Assembly (NCBI RefSeq): GCF_000195855.1
Contig: NC_002677.1
Coordinates: 330,001 to 362,000, forward strand
Origin: Mycobacterium leprae TN
GTDB taxonomy: Bacteria; Actinomycetota; Actinomycetes; Mycobacteriales; Mycobacteriaceae
DNA length: 32,000 nucleotides
Direction: 5' to 3'
Part shown: piece after piece, positions 23,007 through 32,000 of the stretch
Numbering within the stretch: the stretch's first letter is position 1
Layout: every line of letters starts with the position of its first letter
Program-made: the position numbers and the translations under genes
Notes under the pieces: model-generated
What the model saw: only the letters and a program-made list of their open reading frames with translations
Databases searched by the model: none
Told to the model about the DNA's origin: nothing

Positions 23007-24017
23007 TCAGCCCAGCCGCCGCAGCCGGGGCGCCAGATCTTTCTCAAACAACTCGAGGAAGCGGCGCTGGTTATGACCGGGAGCATGAAACACCAGATGA
23101 TTGAGGCCCCACGTCACATATTGACCAACCCTTGCTACGGCTTCATCAGGATCCGACACCACGATCCAGCGCTTGGCAACCTGCTCGATCGGCAGTGCGT
23201 CGGCGACCTTCTCCATCTCGATCGGGTCGTCAATGCTGTGCTTCTGCTCGGCGGCCAGCGATAGCGGCGCCCAGAACCGGATGTTGGACAGAGCCTGCTC
23301 GGGATCGGGGTCGTAGGACATCTTGATTTCGATCATCTTGTCGATGTCGTCAGCATCTCTGCCAGCCACTGCTGCCCCTTCTAGGACGGCAGGAATAAGC
23401 TTTTCAGTGTATAGTTCCTCCCCCTTGCCAGAGGTGCAGACGAAGCCTTCGCCGGCGCGACCGGCATATTTGGCCACCTCCGGGCCACCTGCGGCAATGT
23501 AGATTGGCACACCGCCTTCGGGTACGTCGTAAATCGACGCACCTTTGAGCTGGTAATAGTCGCCATCGAAGTCGACACGATCACCGCGCCACAGCTCCCG
23601 CATTAGCCGCACAGATTCACGCAGCCGGGCGAACCGCTCCTTGAACTCCGGCCAGGCACCCTGATACCCGGTGGCAACCTCGTTAAGCGCCTCACCAGTG
23701 CCAACTCCGAGAAAGACCCGGTTCGGATAGAGGCAGCCCATGGTGGCGAAGGCCTGCCCTATGACAGCAGGGTTGTAGCGAAACGTCGGGGTAAGTACCG
23801 AGGTACCCAGCAGAATCCGGTTAGTGCGTTCACCAACTGCAGTCATCCACGACAGTGAGAATGACGCGTGCCCGCCCTGGTGACGCCACGGCTGGAAATG
23901 ATCGCTGACGGTAGCGCTGTCCATCCCGTGAGCTTCGGCGGCAACCCCGAGTTCGACTAGTTCACGCGGTGCGAATTGTTCAGCTGACGCCTTGTATCCA
24001 AGTCTCAATTCAGCCAT
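23007..24017 (-). CDS. fgd1: F420-dependent glucose-6-phosphate dehydrogenase (336 aa)
   Basis: [65 protein letters not shown]... luciferase-like F420-dependent family with the Fgd-specific N-terminus; uninterrupted and full length. Confidence 0.97.
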   Translation of the reverse strand: MAELRLGYKASAEQFAPRELVELGVAAEAHGMDSATVSDHFQPWRHQGGHASFSLSWMTAVGERTNRILLGTSVLTPTFRYNPAVIGQAFATMGCLYPNRVFLGVGTGEALNEVATGYQGAWPEFKERFARLRESVRLMRELWRGDRVDFDGDYYQLKGASIYDVPEGGVPIYIAAGGPEVAKYAGRAGEGFVCTSGKGEELYTEKLIPAVLEGAAVAGRDADDIDKMIEIKMSYDPDPEQALSNIRFWAPLSLAAEQKHSIDDPIEMEKVADALPIEQVAKRWIVVSDPDEAVARVGQYVTWGLNHLVFHAPGHNQRRFLELFEKDLAPRLRRLG

Positions 24018-24104
24018 TAGTTCTTTCTACTCCTCGTGGCCGATTGCAAGCGCAGCTGAGCCGGGCGCAGCAGGTCTCCACACATCAGACTTAGACTCTC
24101 CGAC

Positions 24105-24860
24105 ATGGCAGCGGCGACTCTCTTCCAGGTCACCGATTCGGTGCATTTTGCTCGCGGCGACGCGGTGAACTGGGCACTAGTGGCCGATGACACTGGCGTC
24201 ATGTTGATCGACACCGGCTATCCTGGCGACCGCGATGACGTGGTGGCCTCACTGCGCCAACTTGGCTATGAGGCCGGCGATGTGCGCGCCATTCTGTTGA
24301 CCCACGCACACATCGACCATATGGGTTCAGCGATCTGGTTCGCCAGCAAACACCGTACTCCAGTATATTGCCATGCCGACGAGGTTGGACACACCAAACG
24401 GGAGTACTTAGAACAGGTTTCGTTGCTCAATATCGCTATGCGTGTGTGGCAGCCACGGTGGGCGATCTGGTCCGGTCACGTGCTTCGTAGTGGCGGCCTG
24501 ATCCGCGGCGGTATCCCGACCGCCCAGCCGCTGACTGCGGAGACGGCCGCCGGGCTGCCGGGTCACCCGATGGCTATTTTCACTCCGGGGCACACCGGCG
24601 GGCATTGCTCATATGTCGTCGACGGCGTGCTGATCAGTGGTGACGCACTTATAACCGGCCATCCGCTGCTGCGTCACCGTGGGCCGCAGCTACTGACGGC
24701 CGTGTTCAGCCATAGCCAGAAGCAGTGTCTGCGCAGCCTGGACGCGCTGGGCCTGCTGGAAACCCGCATCCTGGCGCCCGGCCACGGCGAGCTATGGCAC
24801 GGCCCCATCCGCGAGGCCACGGAAGCGGCGTTGAAACAAGCCGGAGCGCTAACGCGTTGA
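24105..24860 (+). CDS. Metallo-beta-lactamase-fold hydrolase (Rv0406c-like)
   Basis: Metal ligand motifs THAHIDHMG, PGHTGGHC, SGDAL, APGHG; divergent from fgd1 as in Mtb. Confidence 0.92.
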   Translation: MAAATLFQVTDSVHFARGDAVNWALVADDTGVMLIDTGYPGDRDDVVASLRQLGYEAGDVRAILLTHAHIDHMGSAIWFASKHRTPVYCHADEVGHTKREYLEQVSLLNIAMRVWQPRWAIWSGHVLRSGGLIRGGIPTAQPLTAETAAGLPGHPMAIFTPGHTGGHCSYVVDGVLISGDALITGHPLLRHRGPQLLTAVFSHSQKQCLRSLDALGLLETRILAPGHGELWHGPIREATEAALKQAGALTR

Positions 24861-25220
24861 GCGACGCCTCAAGATCAGCTCAACGACAGCACGCCAACCA
24901 AGGAACAATGCCGCGGTAGTCGATGCAGCTACCACCATGAAATTCGCGACCACACCTGCGGAGCTAGCTTTGCGCAACGCCACACCGACCACCACGGTGC
25001 ACAACCAGACAACGACACCGGTGGGGACAACAGCCGTGGGCCGCTGCCAGCCGCGAGACGCCAGCCACCCAATAGCCGTTCCGGTAAGAAACGGCCACAA
25101 AGTAACTGCGAGGTCGGCGACGGTGAGGCCTTCGGCATGACTGCAGCGCCCGACAGCGCAGAACACCGACACAGCGACGATGTCGGTAGCTAGCCATGCC
25201 AGCGCTTGCCCCAGCCGCAT
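24849..25220 (-). CDS. DUF3054-type integral membrane protein (Rv0401-like)
   Basis: 123 aa, four hydrophobic segments; MRLGQALAWLATDIVAVSVFCAVGR...LWPFLTGTAIGWLASRGWQRPTAVVPTGVVVWLCTVVVGVALRK. Confidence 0.85.
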   Translation of the reverse strand: MRLGQALAWLATDIVAVSVFCAVGRCSHAEGLTVADLAVTLWPFLTGTAIGWLASRGWQRPTAVVPTGVVVWLCTVVVGVALRKASSAGVVANFMVVAASTTAALFLGWRAVVELILRRRSTR

Positions 25221-25299
25221 GCAGCAAGACTACGCGACTATTTGACCCCACCACGGTGGTGAACCTAGATTTAGTCGGCACTGAAGCACCGATTCGCAC

Positions 25300-25930
25300 G
25301 CACGACTTGAGGGGGCGACCGGCGCTGGATCGGCTATCGGCAAGGCAATAGCGCTGGCGTTCGCCGCACAAGGCGGCCAGGTCGTGACTACTGACCTCGA
25401 CGAGGCCGCATCTACGTCCACCGCGGATCAGTAACCCCAGCCGGTCACCGCGCTGCCGATAGATATCGCCGAACCAGACCAAGTCGCCGCCTTGCGTGAT
25501 CGTATCCGAGCTGAGGCCGGCGTAACCAACACCGTGATCAACACAACCTGTTGAGACAGAAATAACTAATTCATCAACGCTACAACAGAATTCGTGGAAA
25601 AATAGCAATAATCAACTACCTGGGGCCGTTTCACCGCTGCGGTACTTTCATGCTATCGACGTTGAGGCACACGCTGGCACGAAGGGTGGGGTCATCGTGA
25701 CACCGTTGGCCAGATTATGGTCCATGCGTGTGCCCAGTTCCGGCCAACATGCCGCTGTTTCACGCACAACCCATGAAATTGAAAGAGACTCGGGTCAAAG
25801 CGATTCCGCTCCGACATCTGAGCCAGACCTAGAAGGTCAACGCCCCGGTGTTTTTCGTGTCTGAAGCTGAATCGTTTATTACCGGTCAGGTGATCAGTGC
25901 CAGCGGTGGCTTAACAATGGCAGCCTGCCC
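25300..25930 (+). pseudogene. Decayed short-chain dehydrogenase/reductase
   Basis: 'GSAIGKAIALAFAAQGGQVVTTDLDEAAS', 'VTALPIDIAEPDQVAALRDRIRAEAGVTNTVINTTC', and the C-terminal SDR signature 'FFVSEAESFITGQVISASGGLTM', with stops and frameshifts between. Confidence 0.88.
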
Positions 25931-25939
25931 ATATGAGGG

Positions 25940-26560
25940 CACACAAGCATCGCCCGCCTTCGACCGATATAACCTGCTCGTCCTGGATGCATCTCTGCCA
26001 AGCGATAAGATCGTTGTGCGCGACGCGGGCAGAAAGTTTCCACAGAGCATGTCACCAATATACTGCCGACTGGTTCGAAATCGATGACCTTCCGATCCAC
26101 GAACTTGCAAAACAGTTCAGCGGACTCAGGCTGCTAAGCATGCACTTCCCCGGAGTCGGATGTAATAAATGTAATAATAGTAGCTCAGCCGTGCACTACT
26201 GCCTGGCCTGTGTAAAACAGGAGACCACTGACTCCAGTATCTAGTCAATGGTCTAAGTGCAAGGCTAGCTGGCGATGTTAGCGATCCGGAAAATGAGTCC
26301 GAAGAGCAGAAGCAGCGCTGGCTTCCGGTGAACTGCTCGGCTGCTTCGGGTTGACCGAGCCCAACGTCAGATACGATCCAGCCGCGATGAAAACTCGGTA
26401 ACGACGACTTGGATTGGAGCATCAACGGTCGCAAGATGTGAATCACCAACGGCTCGGTTGCCGATACCGTGATCGTGTTAGCCAGCACCAGAACCGCCGC
26501 CTCAAAGTCTGATGACGACGCAGAGTTAGGGGCACGGGCCTAACGACGGAGCAACAGGCA
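25940..26560 (+). pseudogene. Decayed acyl-CoA dehydrogenase (glutaryl-CoA-dehydrogenase-like; fadE7-like)
   Basis: 'DRYNLLVLDASLPSDKIVVRDAGRKF', 'ADWFEIDDLPIHELAKQFSGLRLLSMHFPGVG', 'SSAVHYCLACVKQETTDS', '[12 protein letters not shown]', '[17 protein letters not shown]' over several frames. ACAD-typical order; fadE7 (Rv0400c) sits next to Rv0401 in Mtb. Confidence 0.82.
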
Positions 26561-27556
26561 ATGGGGAGGCACGATGCTGGTCATCACCAAGAGTTCGTTC
26601 CCAAACGTCGAGGCGTTGTCCGGGGATCTGATTAGTCCGCCTGTCGCTGCAACACATTAACCGTATAGTGATAGAAATTGTTGTTGAACAACATCATTAC
26701 ATTCAAAGTGAACGAAAGAACCAGCACAGTCAGGAATCAGCCAAGGCCTTCGAAAGCTAACCCTGCGCTGCCGACGCAACGAGGGCATTGAGCAGTGCGG
26801 TAACGAAAAGTTGCACGTTGCCAAGGTAGCAACCTAGCTTCCCCAACGATATCTACACCTCCGTTCACGCCGATAAGCACGGCTTCAAGCCTGGTTGGCG
26901 TGGCTGATGCTGCCCCCGTATGACCTTGATTGGCCATCGGAACCGGATCGCCGCCTGGTCTACCTAGGGACCCCCTTCTTGGGTCTGACTCGTGACCAGA
27001 CGACCTTACCAGCCAGATGGTATAGATCTACATGCCCAGACTGGTCATGAACTGTATGGGGAAACACACGCAGACACAAAGGAGTGCTTGCTACCGACGA
27101 AGAGGCTGAACACGCCGAACAGTCGACCGCCGGCTAACGGTCGCAGCGTCCTGGCGGTTGGCCGAATACGTGTGTTCTACTAGAGTAGTTCTGGATGCCA
27201 TCCAGCTCCCGGCCCAAGCGAGAACGCACTGAGTGTACGCGTCTTAGGAGCTCTATTTCCCTGAGTTAACGCAAACGGGGCATGTCGTGACCGGATTCCG
27301 ATACAATGCGGATTCCTCACCGGAAGACAGCCAGGCTGTCATGACTGAGTAAACACTCGGCATATTGATTGTTATCAATGGCGATTGCCGCTTTCCGTTG
27401 AGACAGGACAGCATCCACCCACCGTCAAGCTAGAACTGGTACTATTCTCCCCAGAACGCCGCGGTTTTCATCGCCATCTCCTACTGCAGATGCAATCTGA
27501 ATACGTACAAACTACACCGCTGCTCGGCAATCGCGCACTGCATCCGGCTAGCGCTA

Positions 27557-28777
27557 CTAGCTCAGGGCCTGATCAATATCAGCGATCAGATCGGCGGCGT
27601 CTTCGAGGCCAATGGAGATGCGTACCACACCGTCACCGAGCCCGATCGCAGCACGGCCCTCCGGGCCCATCGCGCGGTGAGTGGTAGTCGCCGGGTGCGT
27701 AATAAGCGATTTAACGTCACCGAAGTTGTTAGAAATATCGATCAGCCGCAGCCTGTCCAATACTTCGAAGGCTCGTTGCTTAGCGGCGTCCTCCGGAGAA
27801 TTGAGCGCAAAGGTCACCACCGTTCCACCACCAGACATTTGGCGCTTCGCCAGGTCGTACTGCGGATGCGACACCAAAAATGGATAGCGCACCCAACTCA
27901 CCGCCGGGTGCTTCTCCAAGAACTCTGCAATACGGTGCGCCGAGGAATTACAGTGATCGACCCTAATCGCAAGTGTCTCAAGACCTTTCAGCAATATCCA
28001 GGCATTGAAAGCGCTCATTGCTGGGCCAGTGTGGCGCATCAGCTTTTGCACAGGACCGTCGATGTAATCCCTGTCACCCAGAATGGCACCGCCCAACACC
28101 CGCCCCTGGCCGTCGATGTGTTTAGTACCTGAATAGATTACCACGTCAACCCCGAGCGGTAAACCGTGCTGCAGTAGTGGTGTAGCAAAGGCATTGTCCA
28201 GAACAACTTTTGCTCCAGCCGCGTGAGCCAACTCAGTCACGGCCGCGATATCTACCAGCGACTGCATCGGATTCGAGGGCGTCTCAAAGAACACCGCTTG
28301 AGTTGGAACCGAAAGCGCCTGCTCCCATTGCACAAGGTCTTCGCCGTCGACGAAGACGGTCTCGACACCCCACCGCGGTAGAATTTCATTGCACACCACG
28401 AAACATGACCCAAACAGACTGCGCGCGGCCACCAACCGGTCGCCGGAGGCCAACAACGCACCTAGCGAAGTGAAAACCGCAGCCATGCCGCTCGCGGTGA
28501 CGAACGCCGCAGGGGCTCCCTCGATCAGGCGTAACCGTTCCTCGAACATCGTCACGGTAGGGTTGCCGTAACGCGAATACACAAAGTGGTCCAGCTCGCC
28601 GGTGAACGACTTTTCTGCAACGACCGCTGACTCGTAGACGTAACCAGACGTCAAGTACATCGTCTCGGCGGTTTCTTCGAACCGGGACCGTAACAGGCCA
28701 CCACGGACGCCCACGGTTGCCGCGGTGACGCCGTCCGGCAAAGCCTTAGGCGTGCGAACAGAGCGGTCGTCGGTCAT
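27557..28777 (-). CDS. metZ: O-succinylhomoserine sulfhydrylase (406 aa)
   Basis: Cys/Met-metabolism PLP enzyme; YSGTKHIDGQGRVLGG (PLP lysine), YSRYGNPT, FFETPSNPM. Start taken as ATG at 28777 (MTDDRSVRTPKALPDGVT...); the track start at 28870 overlaps the neighbouring gene. Confidence 0.95.
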   Translation of the reverse strand: MTDDRSVRTPKALPDGVTAATVGVRGGLLRSRFEETAETMYLTSGYVYESAVVAEKSFTGELDHFVYSRYGNPTVTMFEERLRLIEGAPAAFVTASGMAAVFTSLGALLASGDRLVAARSLFGSCFVVCNEILPRWGVETVFVDGEDLVQWEQALSVPTQAVFFETPSNPMQSLVDIAAVTELAHAAGAKVVLDNAFATPLLQHGLPLGVDVVIYSGTKHIDGQGRVLGGAILGDRDYIDGPVQKLMRHTGPAMSAFNAWILLKGLETLAIRVDHCNSSAHRIAEFLEKHPAVSWVRYPFLVSHPQYDLAKRQMSGGGTVVTFALNSPEDAAKQRAFEVLDRLRLIDISNNFGDVKSLITHPATTTHRAMGPEGRAAIGLGDGVVRISIGLEDAADLIADIDQALS

Positions 28778-28833
28778 TTGCGCCGGGTCTCCAACGCACG
28801 CGGAAGCTGCCCCCACCTCATCACTGGCGCGAG

Positions 28834-29277
28834 TCACAGCTGCTTCCACGGCAACCCAACCGCACGCCAACCGGTTTCACCGCGGTGACCTTCTGCATTA
28901 AGATGGCCCTCGAAACCATCCAATATATTGTACGATGGAGAGATTCCTGCATCGGTCGCGACCTGCGCAGCGCCCATAGAACGGTGGCCCGAACGACACA
29001 GGAACACCACCGGGCGTTCTCCCCGCTCGGCGTTTGCTGGCGGGATCCGCTCCTGCAACTCAGCGAGGAAATTCACGTTTGGCAGGCCGTCAGATGTGTT
29101 CCATTCGATGTACACCACCTCGCGGCCAAGACTTGACGTGTCGGGTACCCCGACGAACCGCCATTCAGCGTCGGTGCGCACATCGACCAACACCGTGTGC
29201 GGGTTGTCACTAAGCATCTTCCATGCCTGCAGTGGGGTGATATCCCCTGCATAGGGACGGTTCATTTCTGTGCTCAT
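28834..29277 (-). CDS. Rhodanese-like domain protein (Rv0390-like)
   Basis: TVLVDVRTDAEW, VVFLCRSGHRSMGAA active-site loop (CRSGHR); immediately upstream of metZ on the same strand. Confidence 0.93.
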   Translation of the reverse strand: MSTEMNRPYAGDITPLQAWKMLSDNPHTVLVDVRTDAEWRFVGVPDTSSLGREVVYIEWNTSDGLPNVNFLAELQERIPPANAERGERPVVFLCRSGHRSMGAAQVATDAGISPSYNILDGFEGHLNAEGHRGETGWRAVGLPWKQL

Positions 29278-31008
29278 AGGTGTTTTACCTGGTACTTTCC
29301 ATCTTCTAAGGATTCCTGATATCAGCGCCTGAGAACCACCCCCAGTGATCCCGAGAAGGCAAACCCATCAATGAGCATATCCACGGCGTGACGCGTCGTC
29401 CTGCCGAGTGGCGGTTCCCCGGGTAGCCAGAAACATACGGCGTCTAATGGATCGGCTCACACCGAAATAAATCCCTCTCGGACCTGGAACTTATGGCTGG
29501 CCGTATAGCCAGAACATCCGAAGGTCGCTTTCTGGCACCCAAAGCGCGCACCAGTTAGGGCGTCGGCAGTGGGCTCGTTGGTGAGCTGGCAGAGACCAAC
29601 AATCGCCGTCGTTTCATCCCTTGCGGTAGCTCGACGGGCGCTTGTGTGTCAGTGGGATCGTACTTCCCGTCAGTCCCCCACTCACCCTCTCGCTCGGTCG
29701 AATGGCCCCGCAGGCGGAGTCAAACTATCCATGTTGCTCTGGGATAGGTGCTTGGCGGGGGACTGGTGGCGTTCCCAACCTAAGCTATCTAAGCAACCCG
29801 CATAAGAGTGAAATCGCTCCTCGGCTCAATGGTGTTCGGACCGGCCCAATCGGATTGCTCCCCAGGTGGCTGGCCTCCTAGCACCGATTTCGCTAGTACC
29901 TGACGTCAGCGGGTAGGACCGAGAGCCCCCACTAACCGCAGGAAGGCTCGTCGCAGATCTGAAAGTTCGGTAAGTAGAAATCCATGTCCTCAGTGACAAC
30001 ACAACAGGAAATATTGAGAACGGCCACAAGGGATTTGGGCAACCATCAGTTCGGCGATGAGTGAGCCCAAGCTGCCGCTATTCACAACCAGTTCGCGTGG
30101 CCATGCTGGCTGCAACGCGGGCTCATATGCAGACACCAAGCCTGTCAACGCGGTCGCCGTTGGCGCCGGTAGGAAATAGCCATGCTGGAGTTATGAGGTT
30201 CCCCCCGGAAATCAAGTCCACCAGAATTATTCCGGCCCCGACTTGAAGCCGATAGTCGCAACGACGACAGTCCGGCAGAAGCTGGCTACGAAACCGTACT
30301 CAACTAGCAACTTCTTACGAATCAGTGATTTCTGGGCTCATCAGCCAATACATAGCAGTTTCCCTCGTCACTGGCGATGGTTGGCCGCGGAGGCCCCTTC
30401 GTGGCGTGGATCAGGAACCACCGCCGCCCCGGCCGTGGAATCCGCTCCCAGACCCTGGCGGCGATGAAAGCCTAAGGCAGCCCACTCGATGACAATGACA
30501 GTACCCTTATCAACAAACGCAGCATGGTGACCTCTCTGACCCAGACCAATATCCTGTATCCTGTGCCGAAACACCCCGGCAATCGCAGCCATCGAAGCCC
30601 AATACAGCGAAATGGAGGACCAGGACATCGGCGCAATAGGACAGCTACGTCGGCTCTTCGACGGCTACTGTCGCGGAGTACACCAGCGACGCTACGCCGC
30701 TGTTGAGCCAAGCGGTGACACCGAAAACCGCGGCAGCCGTGCCGGGCTGGCCCACACCTCTTCTCTCAGATCTTAACCTTCCGATGCACGCACCTGTTGC
30801 TGTTTCGTTTGGCAGCATGGGCATAAGCGGCGGGACAGCTAGGGGGAGTCCACACACAACGATGAAATGGCTGGCCGCGAAGACTCCATCCCCTGCCGTT
30901 GATATAGTCTATCGGCGACAGCGGTTGCCGGTCGAGCTGCCATAGTCAGCGAGCTTTTGGTTCCTCAGACCTAGGGTCGTTCCGTCAGCGGTATGCAGAA
31001 TCCCGGCG

Positions 31009-31317
31009 ATGTTGCCCAGCGCTGCCCCCGCTATAATCGAGCAATATGATTCGGACAGCCCTCATACCGGCATCGCGTTAGCCAGTTTGGTCGGCAGAGG
31101 CATGACCGGCCTTGCGGTCCGGGGGCTGCTCCCCATCGACCCCTGCACCGACGACCCCACCTGGGAGCCACTCGGCAGACTCCGGATTAGCCATATCCAA
31201 CTCTACGCCGCCCTCGTCGTCCTCCCAACCTTGTCGGACGTACCAGCACTGTGGTGCCGCCGCAGAACCAACAATCGGTTAGCCAAAAATACCTCCTTAG
31301 GGCTGCCCGGCGAGTAA
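31009..31317 (+). CDS. Hypothetical protein, possibly a fragment; convergent with the thioesterase gene
   Basis: 102-aa ORF, including HTGIALASLVGRGMTGLAVRGLLPIDPCTDDPTWEPLGRLRISHIQLYAALVVLPTLSDVPALWCRRRTN. Plausible composition but no family recognised; may be part of a pseudogene. Confidence 0.35.
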   Translation: MLPSAAPAIIEQYDSDSPHTGIALASLVGRGMTGLAVRGLLPIDPCTDDPTWEPLGRLRISHIQLYAALVVLPTLSDVPALWCRRRTNNRLAKNTSLGLPGE

Positions 31318-31977
31318 CCGCACCATCATGCCGTTGCCTTCGGCCAACAGCATCTCGTCGCCGTCGACCAGTTCTGCGGACACAAACGCCTTGCGACCTT
31401 CAGTCCTGGTGACCCGTCCCCGCATCACCAATGGTTCATCGATTGGGGTAATCTTGCGGTAGTCCACGTGCAGAAAAGCCGTTCGGCTGATTGAGCGGCC
31501 TGCAGTATACGAGATCATGCCGAACAAGTGATCAAACACCAAGGGTAGCACACCGCCGTGCACCGCGTGGTTGAACCCGACGTGAAATCGAGTGAAGTAT
31601 CCGGTCATTTCAACACTATCGGGGCCGGATCGGGTCAGTGTCCAGGGCGGCAGCAACAGACTGCCCATGCCGGGCATGTCAGGCACCCGCCCAGCCGGCG
31701 CCTTACCTTCATCGGTGGCAAACGGGCCTAGCAACTCGACCAAGGCCACGGCGCGGTCGGCTGCGGCATACCATACCTCGTCGCTGGGGTCAGCGGACAC
31801 TGCCAGGTCCTGCAAGCGGCGCATAGTTGCCACGAATCGACGAAAACCCACACCAGGGTTAGCCAGTTCGTATTCAGGAAAGCCGCTATAGTGTTCGTGT
31901 TTAGGGCGTTCTGGAGGTAGGTCTTCTGGGCGCAGGGAAGAATAGTAGGTCACCGACGGCTCCTCAATACATCGCAT
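31297..31977 (-). CDS. PaaI-like hotdog-fold thioesterase family protein
   Basis: C-terminal hotdog domain: VEMTGYFTRFHVGFNHAVHGGVLPLVFDHLFGMISYTAGRSISRTAFLHVDYRKITPIDEPLVMRGRVTRTEGRKAFVSAELVDGDEMLLAEGNGMMV (HGG..a.lfD pattern). The true start may be slightly downstream of 31977. Confidence 0.8.
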   Translation of the reverse strand: MRCIEEPSVTYYSSLRPEDLPPERPKHEHYSGFPEYELANPGVGFRRFVATMRRLQDLAVSADPSDEVWYAAADRAVALVELLGPFATDEGKAPAGRVPDMPGMGSLLLPPWTLTRSGPDSVEMTGYFTRFHVGFNHAVHGGVLPLVFDHLFGMISYTAGRSISRTAFLHVDYRKITPIDEPLVMRGRVTRTEGRKAFVSAELVDGDEMLLAEGNGMMVRLLAGQP

Positions 31978-32000
31978 CGCACGATGGTCTGATCCCGTCC

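Noticed and set aside
28777-28870. 31-residue N-terminal extension of metZ
   Set aside because: It overlaps the end of the rhodanese gene; the downstream ATG at 28777 begins the typical MetZ N-terminus.
30368-30945. Possible PPE/PE C-terminal remnant (SQAVTPKTAAAVPGWPTPLL...)
   Set aside because: Only low-complexity Ala/Pro similarity and no PPE/PE N-terminal motif found; insufficient for a call.

Overview
This window looks like a piece of a reductively evolved, leprosy-bacillus-type mycobacterial chromosome (M. leprae / M. lepromatosis lineage). That is inferred from recalled M. tuberculosis (Mtb) orthologue sequences and gene order; no search was run. Open, apparently intact genes sit between long stretches of decayed DNA: the mfd 3' part, eno, an FtsB-like gene, a DUF501 gene, ppx, a tRNA with anticodon TAA, fgd1, an MBL-fold hydrolase, a DUF3054 membrane protein, metZ, a rhodanese-domain gene and a hotdog thioesterase. 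Recognisable pseudogenes include mazG, lpqU, a trcR/trcS-like two-component pair, a PE-PPE-EsxJ-EsxI-like cluster, an FAD monooxygenase, ackA, pta, an SDR and an acyl-CoA dehydrogenase (fadE7-like). Gene order appears to join an Rv1020-Rv1040c-like block to an inverted Rv0390-Rv0409-like block, with a breakpoint between about 14.4 and 20.9 kb. The best second-look items are: (i) an open Mfd reading frame with substitutions in the Walker A motif and other motor motifs; (ii) an in-frame pta::ackA deletion fusion; (iii) an exact 25-nt inverted repeat bounding about 880 bp near the synteny breakpoint; (iv) a tRNA with a TAA anticodon but a short variable loop. I found no convincing new defence, mobile or CRISPR-like system. 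Pseudogene boundaries are approximate.
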